From an uncultured Clostridia bacterium (lineage in GTDB: Bacteria > Bacillota > Clostridia > TANB77 > CAG-508), in contig CAUWAM010000004.1 in assembly GCA_963556825.1 (NCBI GenBank), positions 26,234 to 90,233 of the forward strand: 64,000 nt of DNA, read 5' to 3'. Positions 28,732 to 38,751 of this stretch are shown piece by piece (the first letter of the stretch is position 1; each line of letters begins with the position of its first letter). The translations under genes and the position numbers were made by a program. The notes beneath the pieces were generated by a model, which made no database searches, was not told the origin of the DNA, and worked only from the letters and a program-made list of their open reading frames with translations.

Positions 28732-31014
28732 ATGTTAAAAGTATTAAAAAATTTAAAAGAATCATGGATATCTGTAGTATCAATAGTATTACTATTAATA
28801 CTACAAGCAGCTGGAGATTTAACATTACCAGATTACACATCTAAAATAGTAAATATAGGTATTCAAAATGGTGGAATTGAAAATCCAGCGCCAGAAGTAA
28901 TAAGAAAAGCAGAAATGGAAAATTTACTAATTTTTACAGATAATGATGAAAAAATTTTAAACGAGTATAAAGAAATATCAAAAGAAAATTTAGATGAAAA
29001 AGAATATGAAAAATTAGTAAAAAAATATCCAGCATTAGAAAACGAAGCATTATATGAAATTAAAAAATTAGACAAAGAAGCACAAACAAACTTAAATAAT
29101 AGTATGGCAAAACCATTGATGATGCTAAGTTCTTTAGAAAATGAAGAAACTTCAAAAACTATAAAAGAACAGCTAATATTAAACTTACCAGAAAATATGC
29201 CAGAACAACAAAAAATGGCAATGCAGAATACGGAATTAATCGATATTTTAAAACAAACACCACAAGAACAATTAAAAACAATGTTACAAACAGTAAATCA
29301 AAAATTAGATGATATGCAACAAAGTATACTAGAACAAGCAGCAATACAACAAGTAAAAGCAGAATATAAAGAAATAGGAATAAATACAGATGATTTACAG
29401 AATAAATATATTATAATTTCAGGATTAAAAATGCTTGGAATATCACTTATTATAATGGCTTCAGCAATTGCAGTTATGGGCTTATCAGCTAGAGTAGCAG
29501 CTAAATTAGCAAAAACATTAAGAGAAAAAATATTCAAAAAAGTACTAAAGTTCTCAAATAAAGAATTTTCAGAATATAGTACAGCATCTTTAATAACACG
29601 TTCAACAAATGATATTCAACAAATTCAAGGGTTAATAGCAATACTTTTCAGAGTATTAGTTTATGCACCAATAATAGGTATTGGAGGATTTTTAAGAGTA
29701 TTAAGACAAAGTAACAACTCAATGGCTTGGATTATTGGCGTTGCAATTTTAGCAATACTTTTTGTTGTGGTAACATTATTTGTGATTGCAATGCCTAGAT
29801 TTAAAAAATTACAAGATTTAATAGATAAATTAAATTTAGTTGCAAGAGAAATCTTAACAGGTTTACCAGTAATAAGAGCATTTAATACAGAGAAAAAAGA
29901 GGAAAAAAGATTTGATAAAGCTAATATAGATTTAACAAAAACAAACCTTTTTGTTAACAGAGCGATGAGTTTTATGATGCCAACATTGATGTTAATAATG
30001 AATGGAATATCATTATTAATTGTATGGGTAGGTGCTCATGGAATAGAAAATGGAACAATGCAAGTAGGAAATATGATGGCATTTATTCAATATACAATGC
30101 AAATAGTAATGAGTTTTTTAATGATATCAATGGTATCAATAATGTTACCAAGAGCATCTGTTTCAGCTAATCGTATAAATGAAATATTAGAAACAAAAGA
30201 AGTAATAAAAGAAAGTGAAAATCCTAAAAAATTGGACAAAAGCAAAAAAGGATTAGTAGAATTTAAAAATGTATCATTTAGATATCCAGATAGTGATGAA
30301 GAAGTTCTAAATGATATAACATTTACAGCAAAGCCAGGAGAAACAACAGCAATAATAGGAAGTACAGGAAGTGGAAAATCAACAATAGTAAATTTAATAC
30401 CAAGATTTTATGATATAACATCTGGAAATCTATTAATAGATGGTGTAGATATTAAAGAAATATCAAACAAAGATTTAAGGAAAATAGTTGGATTTGTGCC
30501 ACAAAAAGGAATATTATTTTCAGGAACAATAGAATCAAATATTAAATATGGAGATTCGAACATGCCTGATGAACAAATGATAGAAGCTGCACAAATTGCG
30601 CAAGCTACAGAATTTATAGAATCAAAACCTGAAAAATATAAAGAACCAATAGCACAAGGTGGAAGCAATGTATCAGGAGGACAAAAACAAAGATTATCAA
30701 TAGCTAGAGCAATAGCTATTGATCCAGAAATTTTAGTATTTGATGATAGTTTTTCAGCATTAGACTTTAAAACAGATAGTATATTAAGAGCTGAATTAGA
30801 AAAAAAGACTAAAGATAAAACAGTAATAATAGTAGCACAAAGAATAAATACAATTTTAAACGCTGACCAGATTATAGTGCTAGAAGATGGGAAAATAGTT
30901 GGAAAAGGAACTCATGAAGAACTGATTAAAAACAATGAAACTTATAAACAAATAGCATTATCACAACTTTCAGAAGAAGAATTAAACTTAGAAGGAGGTA
31001 AAGAACATGAATAA
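28732..31014 (+). CDS. heterodimeric ABC exporter, subunit 1 (TMD+NBD)
   Basis: SLITRSTND, GSTGSGKS, VSGGQKQR, degenerate Walker B 'FDDS', 'VAQR'. Confidence 0.92.
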   Translation: MLKVLKNLKESWISVVSIVLLLILQAAGDLTLPDYTSKIVNIGIQNGGIENPAPEVIRKAEMENLLIFTDNDEKILNEYKEISKENLDEKEYEKLVKKYPALENEALYEIKKLDKEAQTNLNNSMAKPLMMLSSLENEETSKTIKEQLILNLPENMPEQQKMAMQNTELIDILKQTPQEQLKTMLQTVNQKLDDMQQSILEQAAIQQVKAEYKEIGINTDDLQNKYIIISGLKMLGISLIIMASAIAVMGLSARVAAKLAKTLREKIFKKVLKFSNKEFSEYSTASLITRSTNDIQQIQGLIAILFRVLVYAPIIGIGGFLRVLRQSNNSMAWIIGVAILAILFVVVTLFVIAMPRFKKLQDLIDKLNLVAREILTGLPVIRAFNTEKKEEKRFDKANIDLTKTNLFVNRAMSFMMPTLMLIMNGISLLIVWVGAHGIENGTMQVGNMMAFIQYTMQIVMSFLMISMVSIMLPRASVSANRINEILETKEVIKESENPKKLDKSKKGLVEFKNVSFRYPDSDEEVLNDITFTAKPGETTAIIGSTGSGKSTIVNLIPRFYDITSGNLLIDGVDIKEISNKDLRKIVGFVPQKGILFSGTIESNIKYGDSNMPDEQMIEAAQIAQATEFIESKPEKYKEPIAQGGSNVSGGQKQRLSIARAIAIDPEILVFDDSFSALDFKTDSILRAELEKKTKDKTVIIVAQRINTILNADQIIVLEDGKIVGKGTHEELIKNNETYKQIALSQLSEEELNLEGGKEHE

Positions 31015-32878
31015 TAAAGAACAACAAACAATAAATAAGCCTCCAAAAATGCAAGGTCCAGGGCCAATGGGAGGAGCACATAAAGGTCACAGACCAGTAG
31101 AAAAGGCAAAAGATATAAAAGGGACAACAAAAAAATTAACACATAGACTTTCAGAATATAAAATAGCAATAATAATAGTAATGATATTTGCAATAGGAAG
31201 TACAATATTTAGTATTGTTGGTCCAAAAATATTAGGAAATGCAACAACAGAAATATACACAGGACTAATGAATAAAATCAATGGAACAGGTGGAATAAAC
31301 TTTGTAAAAATAGGAAAAATAATTTTGTTTGCTTTAGGACTATATGGAATAAGTGCATTATTCTCAATGATACAAAGTTATATAATGGCTGGTGTTGCAC
31401 AAAAAGTAACGTATAAAATAAGAAATGAATTAACGGAAAAAATTAATAAATTACCAATGAAATATTTTGATAAAAAAACGAATGGAGAAGTATTATCAAT
31501 AATATCAAATGATGTAGACACACTTAGCACAGGATTAAATCAAAGTATTACACAAATAATAACTTCAATATTTACAATATTAGGAATATTAGTAATGATG
31601 ATATCAATAAGTTGGGAAATGACAATTGTAAGTTTATTAATATTACCAATATCAGCAGTAATATTAAAAAAAGTAATAGGAAAATCACAAAAATATTTTG
31701 TTAAACAACAAGAATATTTAGGACATGTAAATGGTCAAGTTGAAGAAGTTTACAGTGGTCACAATATAGTAAAAGTTTTTGGAAGAGAAAAAGAAGTTAT
31801 AAAAGAATTTGAAAAAGATAATAAAGAACTTTACAAATCAGGTTGGCGTTCACAATTCTTATCTGGTTTAATGTATCCATTAATGAATTTTGTTGGAAAT
31901 GTTGGCTATGTAGCAGTGGCAATTTTAGGAGGATATTTTGCAGTAAAAGGAAGAATAACAGTTGGTAATATTCAGAGTTTTATACAATATAATAAACAAT
32001 TTACACAACCAATAGGGCAAGTTGCACAAATATCAAGCACAATACAATCAATGATTGCAGCAGCAGAAAGAATTTTTGAATTTTTAGAAGAAAAAGAAGA
32101 AGTAGAAGACATCAAAAATCCAGTATCAACAGACGGATTAAAAGGAAATATAAAATTTGAACACGTTCATTTTGGGTATGACCCAGAAAAAACAATAATA
32201 AATAACTTCAATGCAGATATTAAAGACGGACAAAAAATTGCTATTGTCGGTCCAACAGGAGCAGGAAAAACAACTATAGTAAAATTATTAATGAGATTTT
32301 ACGATGTGAATAGTGGAGCAATTCTTTTAGATGGAAATAATATAAAAGAATTTAAACGTGGAGAACTTAGAAAAATGTTTGGAATGGTACTTCAAGATAC
32401 ATGGCTATTTGGAGGAACAATAAAAGAAAATATAAAATATAGTAAGCCAGATGCAACAGACTCAGAGATAATTCAAGCAGCAAAAGCAGCACATGTGCAC
32501 CATTATATAAAAACCTTATCAAAAGGTTATGATGCAAAAATAAACGAAGAATCTACGAATATATCAGCAGGTCAAAAACAATTACTTACAATTGCAAGAG
32601 TAATACTTGCAAATCCAAAAATATTAATATTAGATGAAGCTACAAGTTCAATAGATACTAGAACAGAACAACAAATTCAAGCAGCAATGGATAATTTAAT
32701 GGAAGGAAGAACAAGTTTTATTATTGCTCACAGATTATCTACTATAAAAAATGCAGATTTAATATTAGTTATGGATCATGGAGATATTGTAGAGCAAGGA
32801 ACTCATGAAGAATTACTAATAAAAAATGGATTTTATGCAAAATTATATAATTCACAATTTGAAGATTGTAATGATTAA
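31007..32878 (+). CDS. heterodimeric ABC exporter, subunit 2 (TMD+NBD)
   Basis: GPTGAGKT, ISAGQKQ, LDEATSS, IAHRLST. Confidence 0.93.
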   Translation: MNNKEQQTINKPPKMQGPGPMGGAHKGHRPVEKAKDIKGTTKKLTHRLSEYKIAIIIVMIFAIGSTIFSIVGPKILGNATTEIYTGLMNKINGTGGINFVKIGKIILFALGLYGISALFSMIQSYIMAGVAQKVTYKIRNELTEKINKLPMKYFDKKTNGEVLSIISNDVDTLSTGLNQSITQIITSIFTILGILVMMISISWEMTIVSLLILPISAVILKKVIGKSQKYFVKQQEYLGHVNGQVEEVYSGHNIVKVFGREKEVIKEFEKDNKELYKSGWRSQFLSGLMYPLMNFVGNVGYVAVAILGGYFAVKGRITVGNIQSFIQYNKQFTQPIGQVAQISSTIQSMIAAAERIFEFLEEKEEVEDIKNPVSTDGLKGNIKFEHVHFGYDPEKTIINNFNADIKDGQKIAIVGPTGAGKTTIVKLLMRFYDVNSGAILLDGNNIKEFKRGELRKMFGMVLQDTWLFGGTIKENIKYSKPDATDSEIIQAAKAAHVHHYIKTLSKGYDAKINEESTNISAGQKQLLTIARVILANPKILILDEATSSIDTRTEQQIQAAMDNLMEGRTSFIIAHRLSTIKNADLILVMDHGDIVEQGTHEELLIKNGFYAKLYNSQFEDCND

Positions 32879-32931
32879 GTTGAATAAATTTAAAGTTGTT
32901 AATAGGAATAATCCTGATTAACAACTTTTTT

Positions 32932-33093
32932 CTATTTTTCACATTTATAACTAGAACACATGGATTCGTCTGATTTTTTAGTATTACAATTATTTGCTGG
33001 TGAAACTTGAATTTCATCTAATTTACAAAAGTTTTCTAAGTTATTGTATTTACAGCTTGTAACACTGCAATAAATTTTTTGATTTCCATTCAT
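32932..33093 (-). CDS. DUF1540-like small Cys-rich protein (53 aa, not in the ORF track)
   Basis: MNGNQKIYCSVTSCKYNNLENFCKLDEIQVSPANNCNTKKSDESMCSSYKCEK; GGAGG RBS; sigG-like GAATA-N18-CATAATA at 33176-33147. Confidence 0.8.
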   Translation of the reverse strand: MNGNQKIYCSVTSCKYNNLENFCKLDEIQVSPANNCNTKKSDESMCSSYKCEK

Positions 33094-33276
33094 GATAAGA
33101 ACCTCCAAAAAATAAGAATGAATTTAAGTAAATTTAAATTCATTCTTATTATGGATCATGTTAGCATTTTTTATTCTTACTTATATAAAAATACAATAAA
33201 TGGAAATAAAAATTCTTTTAGCTATAGAAATTCATAAATTAATATGATAATATTAATTTATGAAAAGGAGGATAAT

Positions 33277-33957
33277 ATGAAAAAAGTAATAAAAACAATT
33301 TTAATTATAATTTTAATAGCAATAATAATAGCAACATTATTAACAATATTTATAAATTTAAAAATGTATTTAGAAACAAAAGATAGAATAATAACAGAAG
33401 AATCAGAAATGATTAGAAATGTAGATTGTATATTAATATTAGGAGCTGGAATATGGAACGATAAGCCAAGCCCAATGTTAGAAGACAGACTGTTACAAGG
33501 AATAACTTTATATCAAAAAGGATTTGCTCCAAAAATAATTATGAGTGGAGACCATGGTAGACAAAATTATGATGAAGTAAATACAATGAAAGAATTTGCA
33601 ATAGAAAGAGGAGTAAAATCAGAAGATATATTTATGGACCATGCTGGTTTTTCAACTTATGAAAGTATTTATAGAATACAGAAAATATTTGAAGCAAAAA
33701 AAATAATTATAGTTACACAAAAGTATCATTTATATAGAGCTTTATATATTGCAAAACAATTTAATATAGAAGCATATGGATTAGCTTCAAATCCAAGAGA
33801 ATATATGGGACAGGCTATTAGAGAAGTTAGAGAATGGCTTGCAAGAGACAAAGACTTTTTTAAATGCATATATAAACCAGAACCAACATTTTTGGGAGAT
33901 ACAATACCAGTAAGTGGAAATGGAGATTTAACAAATGATAAAAAGGAGGAGAAATAA
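33277..33957 (+). CDS. SanA/YdcF (DUF218) family protein
   Basis: ILGAG, LEDRL, MSGD, DHAGFSTYES, VTQKYHLYRA, REWLAR. Confidence 0.88.
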   Translation: MKKVIKTILIIILIAIIIATLLTIFINLKMYLETKDRIITEESEMIRNVDCILILGAGIWNDKPSPMLEDRLLQGITLYQKGFAPKIIMSGDHGRQNYDEVNTMKEFAIERGVKSEDIFMDHAGFSTYESIYRIQKIFEAKKIIIVTQKYHLYRALYIAKQFNIEAYGLASNPREYMGQAIREVREWLARDKDFFKCIYKPEPTFLGDTIPVSGNGDLTNDKKEEK

Positions 33958-34740
33958 ATGGACTCATTAATAGGTTTATTAATACCATTTATAGGAACGA
34001 TATTAGGTTCTGCAATGGTATTTTTGATGAAAAATAAAATGAACTCAAAAGTAGAAAAAATATTATTGGGATTTGCATCAGGGGTAATGATAGCAGCATC
34101 AATATGGTCATTAATAATTCCTGCTATTGATATGGCAGAAGCACAAGGGAATGTTGCATGGATTCCAGCCACAATAGGATTTCTACTTGGAATAGTATTT
34201 TTATTAGTGTTAGACAGTTTAATTCCACACTTACATTTAGAAAGTAAAACACCCGAAGGAATGAAATCTAAATTAAAGAAAACAACAATGTTAGTTTTAG
34301 CAGTAACACTTCATAATATACCAGAAGGAATGGCTATTGGTGTAACTTTTGCAGGTGCTTTAGTAGGAAATACAGGAATTACAATGGCAGGGGCATTTGC
34401 TTTAGCTATAGGAATTGCAATACAGAATTTCCCAGAGGGAGCAATAATTTCAATGCCATTAAAAAGTGAAGGAGTTTCTAAAACAAAAGCATTTATATAT
34501 GGAGCCTTATCTGGAATAGTAGAGCCCATAGGTGCTATTATAACAATATTACTTACAAATGCTGTTGTTCCAATATTGCCATATTTATTATCATTCGCAG
34601 CAGGAGCGATGATTTATGTAGTAGTAGAAGAATTAATTCCTGAATCTCAAGCCGGAGAACATTCTAATATTGGGACTATAGGTGTTGCTATAGGTTTTGT
34701 TATTATGATGATTTTAGATGTTGCATTAGGGGAAGTGTAA
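33958..34740 (+). CDS. ZIP family metal transporter
   Basis: AVTLHNIPEG, IAIQNFPEG, VEP, FAAGAMIYVVVEELIPE. Confidence 0.92.
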   Translation: MDSLIGLLIPFIGTILGSAMVFLMKNKMNSKVEKILLGFASGVMIAASIWSLIIPAIDMAEAQGNVAWIPATIGFLLGIVFLLVLDSLIPHLHLESKTPEGMKSKLKKTTMLVLAVTLHNIPEGMAIGVTFAGALVGNTGITMAGAFALAIGIAIQNFPEGAIISMPLKSEGVSKTKAFIYGALSGIVEPIGAIITILLTNAVVPILPYLLSFAAGAMIYVVVEELIPESQAGEHSNIGTIGVAIGFVIMMILDVALGEV

Positions 34741-34763
34741 TTTAGTAAAAATGTTTGTTAACC

Positions 34764-34809
34764 TTGACAAACATTTTTTTATATATTATAATGTTAACCG
34801 TAGTTAACA
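34764..34809 (+). promoter_or_regulatory. sigma-A promoter and palindromic operator of the regulator-suf operon
   Basis: TTGACA(34764)-N17-TATAAT(34787); TGTTAAC-CGTA-GTTAACA 34792-34809; half-site TGTTAAC at 34756. Confidence 0.8.
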
Positions 34810-34824
34810 AAAGGAGAGAAGAAA

Positions 34825-35271
34825 ATGATATCCAAGTCATCAGAAGAATATTTAAAAACAATGTACGTGTTAAAAAAACAAAATGGAAATATACGAGTTA
34901 CAGATATTGCAAAAAAAATGAATTGTACAAAGCCAAGTGTAAATAAAGCTATTTATAACTTAAAAGATAATGGATTACTTAATTATGAATCTTATGGAAC
35001 AATAGAATTGACAGAAACTGGAGAAAATCTTGCAAAAAAGATACTAGAAGCATATGATATAGTTTATTTGTTTTTAAAAGATGTATTAAATTTAGAAGGT
35101 GAAGAAGCAAAAAAAGAAGCGGAAAAAATAAAAACAACAATAACAGATAATACAATAAACAAATTAGCTAAATATGTTCATGAAGTTTTAGGATTAAGTA
35201 ATTTAAATTGCAATTATGATATAAATCAAGAAAAATGTAGAAGTTGCATAAAAAGAATAAAAAATAATTAA
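34825..35271 (+). CDS. DtxR/MntR-family transcriptional regulator with a Cys-rich C-terminus
   Basis: SSEEYLKTMY, RVTDIA...KPSV, LTETG; tail CNYDINQEKCRSC. Confidence 0.85.
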   Translation: MISKSSEEYLKTMYVLKKQNGNIRVTDIAKKMNCTKPSVNKAIYNLKDNGLLNYESYGTIELTETGENLAKKILEAYDIVYLFLKDVLNLEGEEAKKEAEKIKTTITDNTINKLAKYVHEVLGLSNLNCNYDINQEKCRSCIKRIKNN

Positions 35272-35291
35272 ATGGAAAGAAAGGTAATACT

Positions 35292-36029
35292 ATGAGCAAT
35301 AAAATATTAGAAATAAAAGAGCTACATGTAAATGCAGAAAATAAAGAGATATTAAAAGGAATTAATTTAAGTATAAATAAAGGAGAAATCCATGTAATAA
35401 TGGGACCTAATGGATCAGGAAAAACAACAACAGCAAATGCGATTTTAAATAATCCTGAATATACAAAAATAAAAGGAAGCATTATATTTGATGGACAAGA
35501 TATAACAGACACCAAGACAGATGAAATTGCAAGAAAAGGAGTTTTTATGTCTTTTCAACTTCCAGAAGAAATACCAGGGGTTTCAGTTACAAATTTCTTA
35601 AAATATGCTAAAAATAAAATCACAGGACAACCTGTTAAGATATTCAAGTTTAAGGATGAACTTAAAAAGTATATGGAAGAATTAAATATGAATCCAAAAA
35701 ATATGGAAAGAAGTTTAAATGTTGGATTTTCAGGCGGAGAAAAAAAGAAAAATGAAATTCTTCAAATGCTTGTATTAAATCCAAAGCTTGCAATACTTGA
35801 TGAAACTGATTCTGGACTTGATGTTGATGCGATTAAAACAGTTTCTAAAGGAATTGAAATGTTTAAAAATGATAATAATGCAGTTTTAATTATTACTCAT
35901 AATACTAAAATTCTTCATAGCTTAAAAGTAGATTATGTCCATGTTTTAGTAAATGGAAAAATTGTTAAAACTGGTAGTCAAGAATTGGCAAAAGAGATTG
36001 AAGAAAATGGATATGCACAATATAAATAA
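35292..36029 (+). CDS. sufC: Fe-S assembly ATPase SufC
   Basis: MGPNGSGKT, LNVGFSGGEKKKNE, LDETDSGLDVDA. Confidence 0.95.
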   Translation: MSNKILEIKELHVNAENKEILKGINLSINKGEIHVIMGPNGSGKTTTANAILNNPEYTKIKGSIIFDGQDITDTKTDEIARKGVFMSFQLPEEIPGVSVTNFLKYAKNKITGQPVKIFKFKDELKKYMEELNMNPKNMERSLNVGFSGGEKKKNEILQMLVLNPKLAILDETDSGLDVDAIKTVSKGIEMFKNDNNAVLIITHNTKILHSLKVDYVHVLVNGKIVKTGSQELAKEIEENGYAQYK

Positions 36030-36047
36030 TCTTAATGTCGAGAAAGT

Positions 36048-36115
36048 TGTCAAAAGGGACGGGCTTTTTTGACCGCAATATATATAAGTTGTCAAAAAAT
36101 CCGTCCCCTTTGACA
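36048..36115. repeat. inverted pair of REP-like elements, family B (GGGACGG core)
   Basis: TGTCAAAAGGGACGGGCTTTTTTGAC and TGTCAAAAAATCCGTCCCCTTTGACA, near reverse complements of each other. Confidence 0.75.
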
Positions 36116-36132
36116 GAAGGGAATAAGCAATA

Positions 36133-37533
36133 ATGAAAAAAACAAATATTGATGAAATAAATAGAAACATATATGATATAAAAAATAAAGACGAATATGA
36201 TTTTAAAATAAAAAAAGGATTAACATCTGAAATAATAGAAGAAATATCAAAACAAAAACAAGACCCAAACTGGATGAAAGAATTTAGATTAAAAGCATTA
36301 GAAGTATATAATAAATTAAAAATGCCAACATGGGGACCAGATTTATCAGAATTAAATATGGATGAAATAGCGACATATGTAAGACCAAAAACTGGATTAA
36401 GTAATTCTTGGGAAGATGTGCCAGAAGATATTAAAAATACATTTGATAAACTAGGAATACCAGAAGCTGAAAAAACATCTTTAGCAGGGGTTGGTGCACA
36501 ATATGACTCAGAAGTTGTTTACCATAGCATGAAAGAAGACTTAATAAAACAAGGTGTAATTTATACAGATATGGAAACAGCAGTAAAAGAATATCCAGAA
36601 TTAGTAAAAGAACATTTTATGAAATGTGTTCCTGTATATGATCATAAATTTGTAGCACTACATGGGGCAGTTTGGTCTGGTGGTTCTTTTGTATATGTAC
36701 CAAAAGGAGTAAAAGTAGATATACCACTTCAATCATATTTTAGACTTAATTCGCCAGAATCGGGACAATTTGAACATACATTAATAATAGTAGACGAAGG
36801 AGCAAGTTTACACTTTATAGAAGGATGCTCAGCACCAAAATACAATAAGGTAAATCTACATGCAGGATGTGTTGAGCTATATGTAAAAGACAATGCATAT
36901 TTAAGATATTCTACAATAGAAAATTGGTCAAAAAATATGCTTAACCTGAATACTAAAAAAGCAATTGTAGGAAAAAATGCAAAAATGGAGTGGGTATCAG
37001 GTTCATTTGGTTCAAAAATATCAATGTTATATCCTATGAGTATATTAAATGGAGAAGGAGCAAAAACAGAATATACAGGAATTTCATTTGCAGGTGGAGG
37101 ACAAAATCTAGATAATGGATTTAAAGTAGTGCATAATGCATTCAATACATCAAGTGTAGTAAATGCAAAATCAATTTCAAAAAATGGCGGTAAATGTACG
37201 TATAGAAGTTTAGTAAGAATAAACGAAAAAGCAAATAATTCTAAATCATCAGTATCATGCGAATCACTTATGTTAGATGATATATCAATATCTGACACAA
37301 TACCAACAAATGATATAAGAACAGACGAAGTAGAATTCTCACATGAAGCTAAAATTGGGAAAATTAGTGATAAAACAATATTTTATTTAATGAGTAGAGG
37401 CTTATCAGAAGAAGATGCAAAAGCAATGATAGTAAGAGGATTTGCACATCCTATTGCTAAAGAACTACCTGTAGAATATGCAGTTGAGATGAATAATTTA
37501 ATTAATTTAGAATTAGAAGGAGCGATTGGGTGA
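36133..37533 (+). CDS. sufB: Fe-S assembly protein SufB
   Basis: GVGAQYDSEVVY, VWSGGSF, GQFEHTLI, EGCSAP, LHAG, HEAKIG. Confidence 0.95.
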   Translation: MKKTNIDEINRNIYDIKNKDEYDFKIKKGLTSEIIEEISKQKQDPNWMKEFRLKALEVYNKLKMPTWGPDLSELNMDEIATYVRPKTGLSNSWEDVPEDIKNTFDKLGIPEAEKTSLAGVGAQYDSEVVYHSMKEDLIKQGVIYTDMETAVKEYPELVKEHFMKCVPVYDHKFVALHGAVWSGGSFVYVPKGVKVDIPLQSYFRLNSPESGQFEHTLIIVDEGASLHFIEGCSAPKYNKVNLHAGCVELYVKDNAYLRYSTIENWSKNMLNLNTKKAIVGKNAKMEWVSGSFGSKISMLYPMSILNGEGAKTEYTGISFAGGGQNLDNGFKVVHNAFNTSSVVNAKSISKNGGKCTYRSLVRINEKANNSKSSVSCESLMLDDISISDTIPTNDIRTDEVEFSHEAKIGKISDKTIFYLMSRGLSEEDAKAMIVRGFAHPIAKELPVEYAVEMNNLINLELEGAIG

Positions 37534-37648
37534 GACAAGTGGGACAGTCCAAATTTGTCTCATAAAATTGTAAAAAAATGTCGAAGAACAAAAAAGAATA
37601 AAATATGACAAAAAGTTGAGACAAATTTGGACTGTCCCACTTGTCTCA
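37531..37648. repeat. inverted pair of REP-like elements, family A copies 2 and 3
   Basis: 37531..37562 and 37617..37648 are exact 32-nt reverse complements; the first begins with the sufB TGA stop. Confidence 0.88.
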
Positions 37649-37661
37649 GAAAGGATAAAAA

Positions 37662-38726
37662 ATGGAAAAAATAAGCTTAAATGAAACACCAGTTAGAACT
37701 TCAAGAAATTTTAATATAAATAATATAAAATTAGAAAATATAGAAATTCCAGCTATTATACCAGATTTTGGAAATATAACTATAATTAGTAATACATCAA
37801 AAATAGATGTAGAACAAAATACTAGTAATATAGAACTAATTTATGGATTAAATAAAGAACTTACAGAACAAGTAAAGGCACAGTCAAATAAAAAATTAAA
37901 GTTAACAATAGATGACAAAGATAATTCAGAAACTCAAATAGATTTCAATTTTGATGATGAAAATTCTATATTAATAGATGATATAGAGATTATTGCAAAC
38001 GAAAACACAAAATCAACAATTATAATAAAATATACATCAAATGAAGATATGGCATACTTTCATAATGGAATTATTAGAGTAAATACAAAACAAAATGCAA
38101 ATGTAAATATAATATTAGTTAATTTAATGAATATAAAATCAAACAATTTTATAGCTATTGAAAATAACCTAGAAGAAAATTCAAAAGTGAATTATACAAT
38201 TGTAGATTTTGGGGGAAAGAATAGTATTACAAATTATTATTCTAACCTAATAGGAGAAAATTCAGATAATAAATTAAATACAATTTATTTAGGAAAAGAA
38301 AATCAAGTTTTTGATTTAAACTATATAGGAGAATTAAGAGGAAAAAAATCTAATATTGATATAGAAGTCCAAGGAGCTCTAAAAGATACCGCTAAAAAGC
38401 ATTTTAAAGGAACAATTGATTTCAAAAAAGGTTGCAAAAAGGCTACAGGAAATGAAAATGAAGCTTGTATGCTATTATCAAATAAAGCAAAATCTTTAGC
38501 ATTACCAATGCTTTTATGTTCGGAAGAAGAGATTGAAGGAAATCATAGTAGTTCTGCAGGTAAGATTGGAGAAAAAGAACTATTTTATATTATGAGCAGA
38601 GGTTTTGCATTAAAAGAGGCAATGAAACTGATGGTTAGAGCTAGATTTAATCAAATATTAAACAAAATTGAAAATGAAAATTTAAAAGAAGAAGTTTTAA
38701 AAGAAATCAATGAAAGACTAGATTAA
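37662..38726 (+). CDS. sufD: Fe-S assembly protein SufD
   Basis: Operon position; 'ALPMLLCSEEEIEGNHSSSAG', 'FYIMSRG'. Confidence 0.88.
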   Translation: MEKISLNETPVRTSRNFNINNIKLENIEIPAIIPDFGNITIISNTSKIDVEQNTSNIELIYGLNKELTEQVKAQSNKKLKLTIDDKDNSETQIDFNFDDENSILIDDIEIIANENTKSTIIIKYTSNEDMAYFHNGIIRVNTKQNANVNIILVNLMNIKSNNFIAIENNLEENSKVNYTIVDFGGKNSITNYYSNLIGENSDNKLNTIYLGKENQVFDLNYIGELRGKKSNIDIEVQGALKDTAKKHFKGTIDFKKGCKKATGNENEACMLLSNKAKSLALPMLLCSEEEIEGNHSSSAGKIGEKELFYIMSRGFALKEAMKLMVRARFNQILNKIENENLKEEVLKEINERLD

Positions 38727-38751
38727 AAGCCTAATAAGGAAGGATAAATAA

